Below, piece after piece: positions 50,916 through 64,000 of a stretch of DNA of 64,000 bases (positions within the stretch are counted from its first letter, which is position 1; the number at the start of each line of letters is the position of its first letter). Position numbers and translations under genes: made by a program. The DNA comes from Monocercomonoides exilis PA203. Taxonomy: Eukaryota; Protista; Preaxostyla. Under the pieces are notes generated by a model, which was not told the DNA's origin, did not search any database, and saw only the letters and a program-made list of their open reading frames with translations. The DNA lies in assembly GCA_001643675.2 (NCBI GenBank), contig LSRY02000035.1, positions 1 to 64,000 of the forward strand, read 5' to 3'.

Positions 50916-53900
50916 TTATTTTACAGAAAAATTCAAAATTTCCATACAATTCTGGTTCGCCATGTGGGTCATTGCGTTTAGACCCCTCAGCTTGAAGATG
51001 TCGTCGAAGCCGCAGACCATTAACTGTTCAACAGGAAACGCACAGTGCAGCGAAGGTGGAACGTCCATCGACAGAAAAGCGCTACAAACGACACTGGAAC
51101 ACAGTTCAATCACATTCTGCCACTTCACTTTGAACGAACGCTCTAAGCTGTGCTTGATGGATGGCAGTGTTGGGGAGGGAGAGGAGGAGGAGAAAGAAGA
51201 AGAAGAAGAAGAAGAAGAAGAAGAAGAAGGTGATGGTGATGATGGCGATAAAATGAGAAATAAAGAAGAAGTGAATGAAGATAATTTGCATGCAGATGGA
51301 AACGTTGAGAAAGTGATAGCGTTTCGATAAATTGCTGCTGATTATATCTTGGATTTTTGATTTCTGGCTGAAAAGCTGAGCAAGGCGAGGTTTAAATCTA
51401 CACTGGCTTATTCTTCCTTTTATCCCATTCTATTTTTTCTTTAGCTCCTCTTTCTTTCTGAGCCTTTCTAATATCTCTGCCAAATCCATATTCTTCTTCC
51501 TCCTTTTCATTTTTCTCATTATCGATGCATTTATCTGTCAGATACAACAATCCCTTTTCATCTTTATCACTCACAAACTCATTTGCACTCCTCTTCTCAT
51601 CCTTCTTCTACTCCTTCTCCTTCTCCTTTTCACCACCCAGCAGAATCTCCTGGCTAGCCACATGCGCTGCATAGTTCAGAAGGATGCTCTGTGGCTCAAA
51701 CACATCCCTCGTGTCTGAAACGCTCCTTCTCGCTAACACATTTGTATAGCATAATCTGCTCTTTCCAAAAATCCCACAAGGGATGCGCAATAAGAAGGAG
51801 GAAATAGAAGAACAAGGAGAGGAAGAGGAGGAGCTTGGGTGAGTTGTGCCAAGAGATTTCTGTGTGAGTGAAGAGGAGTCTGTGACAGGAGATGAAGGAG
51901 TGAATGGCTTTGGCGGAGTACCAATAAGAACAGAATGGGCAGACAATTGTGCGTGTGGCAAGGGAGAAAAAGGAGGAGAAATAAATGTTGAGCGGGATGT
52001 GATGTTTTGAGTGTGTAGCTGGGAAGATGAAAGTGTGATGCCGAACGAGAAAAATGTTTGCTACTGTTCATCATCATTTTCATCACCTCCTTCTTCTCTT
52101 CCCCTGTCCCTACTCCTCCTTTCTGTTACTGTCTGTGGAAGCCTTGTGTAGAAAGTGTCATTTTTGAATAAAGAAAACTCGCCATTCTCCTTCTTCTTCT
52201 TCTTCGCCTTTGGCTCTTCCTGCCGTCTCCATATCCTCTGCTCCGCGCCCAACTTGCTTTTGTATATCTCTTTTTTTGCCTCTTCCATTTGAACTTGCAC
52301 TCCTCAATTATCGCTTCTTGTCGATGTCATAAAGCGAGCAGATGAATGCAATGTGCCTTGAAGCTCCTTCCCCTTCTGCTTTCCATTTCTCATGCGATGC
52401 CCATTCAGTCCATTCAGCGCAGCTTGCGCACCAAATCTATTCGAAGCTCCAAAACATAGCAGGATGTGTGCTGCAGAAGAGAAGAGAAGTTCAAATGCAC
52501 GTCCAGCAATCCTAAAGAAGGCATCTACAGCGATGATGTTGTTGAAGATAGCCTAACCAAATGAGATAATTTTTTGTATGGATTATTCAGTTATTGATTG
52601 AAAATCTTACACACATTCGAATGTTGCTAATCTGATCCAATATGAAGAGAGGAGATACGTCAAAGAAGAAGAAGAATGTGATGAAGAAGCAGGAAAAGAA
52701 GGAGAAGAGGAAGAGGACAAAGAGGAAGAGAATGAAGCCTTCTCATGAGACAGTTCAGGAAATGCATCAGAAGGAAAGGATGTATGTGCTACTCCTTTCA
52801 AATCGTGTAGCGTTTTAGTAAGACTTCTCCCTCTGCCAGCACAGCAGCCTGAATGCATTCCATTCCTCTTGCAAAAACTGCCTTTGCTAGCGTATGCACA
52901 ACTATATGTATTTTTGAAGACGTATTTTTGCTTCCCCACTCCTTTCTGATCTCTCTCCTAATCGCAGCAACAGTTGACCTGATGACAACAGGATGCAAAT
53001 GTTTTCACATGTTCCATTCACTTTCACTTTCACTGCTCAATGATGTGAAGGCTGCTGTATCATCAGAAGAATGAGAAGAATCACAAGACAACGACGAAGA
53101 AGAAGAAACAACCAATTAATTGTGAGATATACAATAAAAATGTGTCTTATCGGAGGAAGATGAAGATAACATGAATAATTCCTCTTCGCTTCACTTTCTC
53201 TCACCTTCCTCTTTCTCTCCCCCTTCTTCATCTTATCTCCATCTTGATTTCCATCACTTCCCTTCTCTCTGCTCACACGCCTCCTCCAAAACCCCTCTTT
53301 CACAAGCGCTTACGTCTCCTAGCTCTGTATAACCCACTCCTCGCACAGCTACCTGCTTTCCACATGACAACTCTGTGAAGCCTCTGCTTCCACTTTGCTC
53401 AAAAATGTCACCCAAACAGACAATACAATACGATCACATTGGAACTCCCCTCCTTCGGCTGCTGCGATCACCCGCTCCATCTTCCTTGCTGTCTCCTGTT
53501 TTTTTTTTTCAACAATCTCTGGTGGGCAACTTTCTTCCTCCCCTTCTTCTTCAATTTTCCCCTCTCCTACACTCTTTCATGCACTGCTGTTACAACATCC
53601 CTTCTTCTCGTTCTTCTTTGGAATCTTCATTTCAATCAGCCCTTCCATTGTCTCCTATTCATTTCTCTTCCATCTTCCTTATCATCATCTCCACAATATG
53701 CTCTTTTCAGTAGCTGAAGCGCAATCGACGGGATTCTTCTGAATTTCATCAGCATCTCATTTAGCGAGTAACCACACGCCGCCACCACGAAATACGCTGC
53801 CAGCACCGACATAGCACACGACAGCACCACATTCTGCATCTGCGTCGCCTCAACCACCCCAGCACAGGGGAAAATGTGCATGCCTCCTCCGCCTGATACT

Positions 53901-54270
53901 CTGCTGCCACACACGCTCCATAGATTGAGGCGCTATGTCAAAGAACAGGTGCTGCAGAGTGCAGCGCCTCTCCACATACACGCCCCATCAGCGACCCTGT
54001 AGCAAGCAAAGGTATCATTATACCTGCTGGCACATTTAGTGGCATCGACAGCGGCTGGAATACATGATTCACAACCAGGCACGCGCACGTACTCCGCAGC
54101 TCAGTCCCACATGCCTGCAGCATAACCACAGTCTGCACATTTTCCTGTTGGAGAACCTTCAGCAGCATTGCCTCGTCTGTCCCAATGACTATTCCTGAAG
54201 AGAACACAAACGAAGAAGTCGAAGAAGAGGCAGAAGTGTGCGCAAATTTTTCTATTCGTCGGGCTTCGAT
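50916..54270 (-). pseudogene. Decayed or partial CLC chloride channel/transporter (C-terminal helices and CBS-like domain)
   Basis: VPAGIMIPLLATGSLMGRVCGE; IYGACVAA; VVEATQMQNVVL..SVLAAYFV..SLNEMLMKFRRIP; CBS2-like MDVPP..FPVEQ..IFKLRGL at 50916-51128; stop and frameshift present. Confidence 0.65.
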
Positions 54271-54856
54271 AATGACTAAAAAAAAAAGAAGATGCATAAT
54301 TTTACATAAAAATCAAAAGAAAACAATAAAAAAAAAAATAAAATAAAGACAGAAAATAAAATAATTCATGCCTTTGAAAGCTTCAGAGCCAACGTTTTGA
54401 ATTGAAACAAATTTATTATGATCGAATCAATTTTCTTTCTTCTCTTCCTCTTCTTCTATGGTAGTATCCCAAATATCGAATCCAAAGACCACCTCCCTGA
54501 TTAACTTCCTTCCTTCTTTCCTTTCCCTCCCTCCCTCTCTCTCATTCACCCTTCTCACTCTTCTCGCTCTTCTCAATAATCTCCGACAATTCTTTGACTG
54601 TTAAAACATTTACAAAACGAACAGGAAATTGATTCGTCTAGGCAGGCTGTAAGAATACAAAGTGGTAGAACATTCAATCAATGAGGGGAAAAAGTGAGAA
54701 GGAAGAGAGAAGGAAGGATAATGGAAGAGTGATGTCAGAAGAGAAACATGCCGAATGTGCTCTGATTACATGCACCTGCAGCAATTGAAAAGAGTTAAGA
54801 ATTCTCATTCGCAAGTTAGTGCAGCTCGAGATTACTCCTGAAGAGATGGTTACATA

Positions 54857-55864
54857 GGGTCAACTTTTTAATGGGACTTTTTCCCTTATTGGTACTTTTT
54901 TTGTTTTTGACTGCCAACTTTCAACAAACGATGATTGGCTTTCAGTACTTCAAAAAACTTTTTTTACAAGTTTAACACAATTTATTTACAGTTTGTTTTT
55001 TAATTTTTGCTTATTACACATTGAGAAATTACGTTTTTTTGTTAAATTTGAACGGACTTTTACCAGCCAACTAGGCAACGTCCAAGAAATTGGATACATG
55101 TTTTGAATAGCAAATACTATTATCTAACTACTTTTAAATTCTTTTTTTTCATAAACACTTTTTTCTTGTTTTTTTCACATTTCATTTTTTTAACAACATT
55201 CTAACATAAAACCGATTATTTCTTTGTTCATATAATGAAATGAAAAAAATAAAAATTTGATATGAAAAACAAATAGTCTAATAATAAAGTGTTGGAAAAA
55301 TGAAACATTAATTTTTTCTATTTAACTAAAACGGACAAATGGCGCTTTCTTAAAATAATCGATGATCAAGTTTTTGTAAAAAAGTTAAGTTCTTGACAAA
55401 TAGAAAAAATTAATGTTTCATTTTTCCAACACTTTATTATTAGACTATTTGTTTTTCATATCAAATTTTTATTTTTTTCATTTCATTATATGAACAAAGA
55501 AATAATCGGTTTTATGTTAGAATGTTGTTAAAAAAATGAAATGTGAAAAAAACAAGAAAAAAGTGTTTATGAAAAAAAAGAATTTAAAAGTAGTTAGATA
55601 ATAGTATTTGCTATTCAAAACATGTATCCAATTTCTTGGACGTTGCCTAGTTGGCTGGTAAAAGTCCGTTCAAATTTAACAAAAAAACGTAATTTCTCAA
55701 TGTGTAATAAGCAAAAATTAAAAAACAAACTGTAAATAAATTGTGTTAAACTTGTAAAAAAAGTTTTTTGAAGTACTGAAAGCCAATCATCGTTTGTTGA
55801 AAGTTGGCAGTCAAAAACAAAAAAAGTACCAATAAGGGAAAAAGTCCCATTAAAAAGTTGACCC
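54857..55864. mobile_element. Foldback element: two ~469-bp apparently identical inverted arms, 74-bp spacer, TA on both flanks
   Basis: 54855-55323 is the reverse complement of 55398-55866 (TA-GGGTCAACTTTTTAATGGGAC.. / ..GTCCCATTAAAAAGTTGACCC-TA); no mismatch spotted by eye. Confidence 0.93.
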
Positions 55865-56990
55865 TAACAGAGAAGATGCAGATATTCAGAAAGAAGAAGA
55901 GGAGGTGTAATTGCAAGAGAAGATATGTTTGATAGCCAAATGTGTGCTGCACAAACAGAAATACCAAATTATCAACGTCAAGCTTGCTGTTTGATAACAT
56001 TCCAAATTCATTCAGAGCAGAATTCAAATTCTGCTGGACAGAAAATTGTTTGATATCCGAAAAGTATTCAATAATTGAATGTCTCGTTGTTGGCTGTTCT
56101 CCACCCTTTTGAAGCAAAAGCGCAACCAGAAATAGAATTTCGTCGCTTTCCATGTCTGTCTGGCCAGTCTGAGCAACAGGAAAATCTAACAAATAAAACC
56201 AATATATTGGGGTTTTCCTTTTTTTCGTTGAATTCTTGCCTTTTTTTTTGATATTAATATCCTTCCCTCGATATTGCCTGTCACATTTCTTGCCAAAAAA
56301 TACCCTAAACTACTCTCCCTGCCTAACATTCCAAAATGCTATATAATATTGTGCAGATTTTGTCCTTCACAGAATTCCATCCACTTTTTGTCTTCATTCA
56401 ACAAAACATCAGCTGAATTTGTTTTCACCTCTTGCTCCAAATAAAAATCATGAAATTCATGTATCTTGCGTAACTTCCCTTATTTCCCAATTGCTATATA
56501 ATAATCAGCTCCATTCTCATCGAATTGCTCTCCAAAGCGGAGATTGGCCATTTCAACAATAACTTATATTTCTACATTTTGTGAAGGATACTGATGGAAA
56601 CATCATCACAATATAAAGAATTATTACAATTTTATACATGTAATTATTTGTTGCATTTTAAAACATGCATTTTGATAGAAAATATTATTTTTTTTGTTTG
56701 ATTCCCATGAATTAAATTGTAATTGTTAAGATGAGTTCTTTCAACACTCCGACATCAACTCTTCATTCAAGAGTCGAAGTCCTATGGAAGGAAATCAAGA
56801 ATTCAAGTGGCGGAAACCCAAAAGAATTGTTATTATTTTTTTTCACTAGATTTAGAAAGGCATCATCTTTTGTAAAAGAAATCAATGAACAATTAAATGG
56901 TTTAAAAAATTTTTTCATATTTTTTTGTATTAAATTAAACCTCAGCGTCACCCTGTAAAACAGAATCATTCGTCAGTCACTTCGTCACTC

Positions 56991-57066
<76 letters not shown>

Positions 57067-58838
57067 TTTTGATTGAAATATTATATAATAATAATTTGAT
57101 TTTATTTTATGCAATCGATTATTATTTTTGATAATGTTTAAAAAAATGAAAAAATGTTCAAATGGACCCATTTTAAAATTTTTAAAGTTTTTTGTCTGTC
57201 TTTTGACAATGGAAAACAACAAATTCTTTTAATTTTTGATAGAGATAATAAGGAATGATGCACACCTCAATAATTAATTTGAAAATTATTTTCGAACATT
57301 CTGGGTTTCAACGGGAACAGAAACATTTTTTTTATAGATAAGCATCGTGGAAAAACATGATGTCATTATTCATAATCTTAGAAAATAGAAGTTGAAACTT
57401 TCGCAAGTTTAATCAAGAATTTGCAATCTATTTATCTATCCATTTTATTTCATTTTATTGTTTTGCTTTTGTTGTTTGATATCTTTCATTTTCTGCTTTT
57501 AAACATATCTTCAATGCACTGTTCATGGTTTTTTTCAACTTTTTCTTCTTTTTATTTCATCGTTACTTTTCTTCAGCAGTAAACAGAATTCAAGAATTGT
57601 GAAAATTGTTTTCACTATTTTATTTTTATCCATTATTATCTTATTTCAGTTCTTCACCTCTCAGTTCTTTGACTGCTATGATTTTTCATTCATTGTCCTT
57701 CTGCCTTTCAGAACGAAATTCATTCATGTTGCTTCAACTCATGCTCAGTCTCCTCCCCATCGAATAATGCATCTTCCGCAGCAAGCCACTCTTGAAGCCG
57801 GGGCAATAACATAGTTTTGAAAAGTTAGCACTCAGCACCTTCGTCAAGAGCGTCTTTGATGCAGCCTTGGTCTCTTTAGCTGTAGCAACATTCACAGCAG
57901 AGCATTAACAGTGAGACAACTGCTGAAGATCATTGCACTTCAATCTCCGCATCTCACACACGCATAAATGAATGGCTTCACTTTCTTCTTCAACGCAAAT
58001 TCAGAATCTCATTCTTCTTTCTGTGCTCTTCATCCTCTTCGATCTTCGTCAAACAAGCAAAAGAATTTCAATTGGAATTTCTGCTCTTCTTTTTCTTCCT
58101 CGTCTCCCTTCTTTTCTTTTTCTTTGTTATTTTTGTTATTATTGTTTTCTTATTTTCAAAAAATCAAATTTGATTCAATTTTTGTTGGGAAATCCTCGAT
58201 ATTTGTTTTTTAAATTGAGAAATTTCCTTTCATCTTTTCCTTTATTTAAGTTTTTTTGATAATTGTGTTTAATGTTAAAAATCGTTATATCATTTGCTCC
58301 CCTATGTTTTTATTAATAAAATGACGTAAAGTTGACACCAACTTCCAATCAATTAAATGTTTAAAAAGTTATTATTAAAATATTGGATAAAGGATACTCT
58401 GAGCAATTTAGAACATTGGCTTTTTTGCATGGAATTGAATATAACATTATCTTTTTATTTTTTTCAACAAAATGAAATTTGTTGTCCCATGAATGTGCGT
58501 TCACATTTCCATTTTTTCTAAAACATAAATTGAATGAAAATTTCTAACTTTTTTTAAATCATCTTTTTTTTGCACATTAAAAGTACCAGTATTTAACGTT
58601 TTTTCTGAATGAACACCTAGGTTTCCTTTTCATTAACATCTTATCTTTTGCATAATCCCTTTTTGATAATAAATATTGATCATGATGTTTTTTTTTTCAT
58701 ATTAATATTTGACTTTGAGCGTTCGACTCTTTTGAACAAGTCATTTGTTCCGAAATGCAAATTATTTTATTCTTGGCTTGAAGTTATTCCTCATTGAAAT
58801 GTTGATCATTCCCTGGAAATTGACAGTTAAATCAATTA

Positions 58839-60153
58839 TCAACTAATCGCGAAAAAGTCTTCTAAATTTCGATCGGCTTTGAAAAAGAATACACAATAAC
58901 ACAGTAATTTATTTGAGGGAGAGAAGAAAAGCGGTGAGGATTCATTTTTCACTGTGATACAAACAGCTGGAGTGGAACCTTCATTCTTTCGAGCAACAGA
59001 AGAGAAGTGCAATTTGGCAATCACGAAGCTCAACAGTTTCTTCTGAATGAACCATTTCATCGGCATCGGCAGTATCATCATCGACTTCGGGCGAGCCACG
59101 ACGCACTTTGCGAAGGAAAGCATAGAAGATAATTTTCTGAAGCAGGATATGATTGCTCTGGTGGAGCCGTGGAGAGATGGCTTCGGATAACTTGTTCTTA
59201 ATGGAGCAGAAAGGTTATTTGCTAAGGAGGAAGAAGGAAGCATTTTGGACGAGGCGCCGCCACAGGCTGTGAATCGGGTGTTTGCAATGCTGCAGGCGAA
59301 GACTCTTTTTCCGGTGAAGATAAACTTTGTCCTTAACGTGTAGTTGTACTGCTAGCCAGTCATTCTGAGGGAGGATAGCAGCCTTTTTGATTCGCTAGTG
59401 CAAATGTGAAACAGTGAAGCCACGATCGATTCTGTTGCACAGTCTGCGGGGTATGGGCAGAGACAAGCAGATGAGCACATTTTGGAACAAGGGGAGAGAG
59501 ACAAAGAGAAAGAAGAAAACAACGAAGAAAAAAAACTCGGTGGTTAACGATGCAATGCTTTCAGATGTGGAGCTGCTTCATGCAGCGCTGCAGCTGGAAT
59601 GTCAGTTCATTGAAGAGAATGCATTCAACTATTTTGGCTTTATCTGGTCGAAATACTGGCTGGTGAATGTGTTTGTGCAAAGCAGCTGTTTGAGGAGCAG
59701 ATGCTCCCGTCGCTCAGAGAGGAAGGAGCAGATGTGAAGCAAATTAGGAGCATGAGAGAAGGAGGAGGAGGAGAAGAAGAAGAAGAAGAAAAAGGCAGAA
59801 TCAATAAAAATGGAAGAAAAAACTAATCTTCCTCTTCTTCTTCCTCCTTTTCAGTGCAGGAAGCGCTGAGGAGCCGTCCACACTGCACTCTTTCTGAATT
59901 TCTTCGGTCAAGAGTGCTTTATTCACAGGCGATGGCACAGCTTTTGAGCCTGCTGAAGATATCGCCTACTTATCACGCACTTCTGTGTGAATGTGTCAAT
60001 GCTGCCTCATCTGTTGTGGCTGATGAGATGGTTGTTGACTTCATTCTCACACAGAAAAAATCCATTGAGGCTTTGGAAAGAAAGACAAATAAGAAAGAAA
60101 GGGAGGAGGTTGATGCACCAGAAACTATTTGTGTCGAAATGCTCAAAGATTGA
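58839..60153 (+). pseudogene. Host-like spliced gene fragment carried inside hAT copy B
   Basis: Exon-like coding blocks (FTVIQTAGVEPSFFRATEEKCNLAI; QEALRSRPHCTLSEFLRSRVLYSQAM) with an intron-like tract ending TTTCAG at 59854; stops present. Confidence 0.45.
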
Positions 60154-60267
60154 AGAATGAATGAATGTTTCAATTTTGGAAATAAAATATGAGAAGATAC
60201 ATGTTTATTCGCATGTTAATGATAAACCTGAAATGAAAATGAAAAGAACAAGGAGTTTTATATATAA

Positions 60268-61360
60268 TTAGATATGCAACAAGCAGTTCAGAGTGTCGAT
60301 TGATAAACTCTGACGTCTTTCTCCCACAATTCTTCGAGCCCTGGAAAATAATCTTTCACAAAAACATTCACTACAAGGAGATTGGATTAGGCTGTATGCA
60401 AATGATGAGGAAATTTTGTAAATATCACTTTTTCGAAACATACAAGAATAATAAATGAATGAATCATCTTCAATAACACATTTTTCGGTTTCATTTTTCA
60501 CCATAGATCTCTGAAACAACAGCAAACAACCTTCAATTATATCTCCTTTTTCTTGACCAATAAAACTTTGAAAAGTCTCCCTAAAGCTGCAGACCATCCT
60601 CCCATGCCAATCTCCATACACTGCATCAATTATTCTGAGCATTGGTTTCTCTTCCAGTTCGAAATTATGTGAATGGATTCTTTTCACTGATCCAAATGTC
60701 CCAAGGCACGTTTCATCATCGTTTTCAACATATTTCTCCTCCAGTTTATGCAAATCATCATTTGTTTAGCAACGACATTCCTCATCCTCCTCATCAATAG
60801 AAATGACAATTTTCTGTTGACCATCAAATTTTGTCTTTTTTTCTTCTTTGGAACGACGAGTATAATCTGTAGGATTTCTTTCATCTGAATCTTCTATATA
60901 TTCATTGTCAGTTGCTTCGTTTTCTGCACATAACAAGCCACATTAATCTTCATCAAACTCTTCGTCTGATTCGTCAGCTATGCTTTCCATCTCCATTGAT
61001 AGTGAGCTTGTTCGAAGAGTTTCAATGAAATTCAATAAATCAATAAAAATAATTTTTGAGCTTTTCTGGAAATTTTGTTGATCGTTAACAATAGGAATCA
61101 ACCCAAATGTATCATTCATTGGAAAAACGAAAATTCTTCAACTCTTTTGAGTTTCAAAAATTCGCACTTTGCTCAATTAAAATCTTTTATGGTGTTTCTG
61201 AATAATCAATCCTTTCAAAAATATATTTCAAAAGAAACAAAGTTGGCAAGATCATCCAAAAAGTGTTTTATGAGGCAGACTGTGTCTGGATCTTTGATTG
61301 ACAGAATTTATTTTGTCAAGAATTCGTTTTCATCAACATGGTTTTGCAATTTAATTCAAA
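60268..61360 (-). pseudogene. Truncated hAT transposase (dimerisation domain in ORF 60268-60753)
   Basis: SPCSECFCERLFSRARRIVGERRQSLSIDTLNCLL fits the hAT C-terminal P.S...ER.FS.....R..L motif; acidic tract upstream. Confidence 0.75.
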
Positions 61361-64000
61361 AACAAATTGTTACAAAAATGACAAGTCACTTAAAAATGAC
61401 GTCAGTGACGGGAAGTGCCAAAATAAACAAAAAATGACAAATGATCAAAAAAAGTGACGATCAAAAAAGTCCGCATCTGAAAAATTCATCAACTTTTCCA
61501 TAACTAAAAATTTTCAAAAGTTTATTGCTAACAATTAATATATCAGCAAATAGCAGAAATATTGTTATGAAACCGATAATATTTCAATATTTAAAAAATG
61601 AATTATTTTCCAAAATAAATAAATTTTTCAGTTAAAAAAAAAGTGACATTTAAATTTCAGATTTGTCAGTCACTTTTCAAAAAAAGGCTCGTCACTGGCA
61701 GGGTGACGAGGAGGTTTATTATTAAATAAATAATTGTCATTTCTAACTGGATACTTTTTTGTTTGTCCGATCACTATGACACATTTAAAAAAATCAAAAT
61801 TTCAAAAATGTTGATAATTTCGCTATTGCATACAACTCCGCACCAACTCACACTCATACGGTGATGCTCCAAGCTCTTTGCGACATCATGTCAATAGAAG
61901 AAATGATAGCACGTAACTATATCTTCACACAAGGAAAAATTAATTACGCGAAGCAGACTTTAAAAATAAACAATGGTGAAGTGAAAGTGCCCAAACGTCC
62001 ATCCATTCCGTCATGCAAGAAAAACTTGTTTTTTTGTGATTATTAGCATTTTTTCATTTTCAAACAAATGTTGAAATAGGTTTGAGTGAAAAAGATTGGA
62101 ATAAAGGAAACAAATGGATGATTGAGCATTCTTAGGAATGCTCATCAACGCTTGGTGAAAAACGGAAAACCAAAATTCAAAAAGATTACGAGGAATTCAT
62201 TAACGAAGACGAATGGAAGAAATGCATTTTGATCAAGCACGATATTCAATCACAACATGATACTCCTGAACCCAATTCATCAAAAAAGACTATGACGATA
62301 ATGAACGAAGAAAAAGCATTCCATAATATGAATGACAATACTGAAACAACTTTAAGAAAAGGTCGATCTTGAAATCAGGTTACAGCGTAACAAAAGAAAA
62401 AGAAAAAGAAATCAATTTTTTGTAATTCTCATCAGAACGAAAATTCTGATATGTTAATGTCTAATGACGAGAAAATAAAATCAGACAAAGAGGATAATCA
62501 ACTTTCCATATCAATTACAGACACTAAAAGGAAGACAATTACCACTGATGAAAAACAATTTGATTCAAAAATGGTCGAGCCATCTTCTCCTCCTCTTATT
62601 TCGTTTTCTGAACTCAAAAAATTTCAAGACACTTTCAAAAAGGCTGATAAACATATTCTTTCCATCAATGATTCAATATGTTCTAGTGTACCTTTTCCAA
62701 TATGTGACAAGTCCAATTCGCCTCATACACCATCATTTTCAAATTATCAGAGATTCAGAACTGATGCACCATTAAAGCAACCATTTATTAATCCGATATT
62801 ACTTCAACAAGCTTCTTCTTCTGAAACAAATGATATGTTAACTCACATTAATACAACAAAATCAATCTGCAACAATTCGAACATCTTTCTCAATCACTTT
62901 GGAAACAATAAGAGTCATTTTTCCAATTAATCCATCATGGAATCGGTTTATGTCGAAAATGAATCACAGAAAGAAAATAGACAAAATGATTTTTTTCCAA
63001 CTCAAATTGTGTCAATTGATTCCGTTGGCGGAAAAGGCCTGAATAACTTGGGAAATACGTGTTATTTATCATCCATTGTTCAATGCCTTTCATCCACTCT
63101 ATTTTCTTCATCAATCAAAATCATTCCGAATTCAGAAGATAATTGCCTAACATCAACATTTTTGAAAACATGTTCCCAGCTTTGCTCAAATGAAGAAGTG
63201 AAATCATGGGACTTGAATTTAATCGACAGATTGGACATGTTTTTTTTTTTTTTTTTTTTTTTTTTGGGGGGGAAGCAACAGCAAAATGCACCACAGGCTT
63301 ACGACAAACTTATTCAGTTATTTATTTCTGAAAATCTCATTCACAAATCGAACACTCAAGTGAACTGCTGCAATCATATTCAATGTTTGAAGTGCAATTC
63401 AATAAAAACAATTGACAACATAAAGGAGCTTAATTATTTCACTGTCAACAATACTGCTGTTTTTCAAGGATTGCAAAAATCAATTTCAAAGGAACATATG
63501 AGGCACCCAAATACCATCTTTTGCGACATATGTAACTGTAAACAAGAAATGGATATGTGGACAGAATTTCTATCTTTTCCAGAAATATTTGTATTGGACC
63601 ATGAATCAAATTATGCCTCTCTTTTTGTTCCTCCTTTATTTATTTTGTTTCAGCAAGACTCGAAACGTAAAATTACAAATATTTCAGACGACACACATGA
63701 TAATAAAACATTATCTTATATGAAAACAAATTTCACTTCTTATTATTATTCTTTCACAGGACAAATTTTTCATTAAAGAATGAGCCGAGACAATGGTCAT
63801 AACATTGCTTTCGTTTCTGATGGAAACAAGGATAATATATTATGGTATATTTGCAACGATGGAATAACATATATGGTGAATAAAGATAATTGGAACACAG
63901 CTTGGAAGTCTATTTTTAGTCGAGGTTATCGAGCTTCATTGACTTTTTACTCGAAGTCAGAAAGATATGGTCAAGTTGTAAATCAGTTATGAGGTGGAGA

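Larger units (their letters stand above)
56936..61718 (-). mobile_element. hAT-superfamily DNA transposon (copy B, 4.78 kb) with transposase remnant and cargo
   Basis: 20-bp TIRs TAAACCTCAGCGTCACCCTG / CAGGGTGACGAGGAGGTTTA (18/20); TATTAAAT at 56928-56935 and 61720-61727 (one extra T on the right). Confidence 0.85.
56731..64000 (+). mobile_element. Second, diverged copy of the USP-bearing transposase gene; intron 1 interrupted by hAT copy B; runs off the window
   Basis: Exon1 STLHSRVEVLWKEIK..LNG matches copy 1 STLNSRCNVLWKEIK..LNG; exon2 MLQAL..TQGKINYAKQTLK; exon3 GLSEKDWNKGNKWMIEHS; USP GLNNLGNTCYL, QQQNAPQAY, CLKC/CDIC, NGHNIA..WYICND. The DDD domain itself is not in the window. Confidence 0.8.

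Noticed and set aside
61699-61708. CAGGG read as the start of an outward-facing hAT element
   Set aside because: TSDs, the internal transposase and the matching copy A show that the termini are TAAAC..GTTTA facing inward.

Overview
AT-rich eukaryotic (protist-type) DNA with short GT(TTG)..AG introns, long purine microsatellites and many decayed genes. The style resembles the oxymonad Monocercomonoides (inference only), and the genetic code looks standard. The window is a transposon-dense island. It holds (i) a nearly intact DIRS-type tyrosine-recombinase retrotransposon (40088-44512; ITRs plus ICR; gag, RT/RNaseH/methyltransferase, YR) and a decayed relative (~20584-24827); (ii) two copies of one hAT family (14664-20518 with a perfect 8-bp TSD; 56936-61718), each carrying different host-like cargo; (iii) GGG..CYC-ended TIR elements (a 240-bp MITE, a 5.76-kb cargo-bearing element) and a 1-kb foldback with 469-bp arms; (iv) most notably, a spliced Sola-like DDD transposase gene with a ubiquitin-specific protease (USP/C19) domain embedded in it (31629-35340, -), plus a diverged second copy (56731->64000, +) whose transposase part would lie beyond the window. 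Copy 1 is followed immediately by a compact, strand-specific, highly structured ~138-nt candidate RNA inside a 16-bp inverted-repeat module. Host-type genes include a TRAFAC GTPase with coiled coil, Pmp-like GGA/FxxN beta-helix proteins and a decayed CLC channel.
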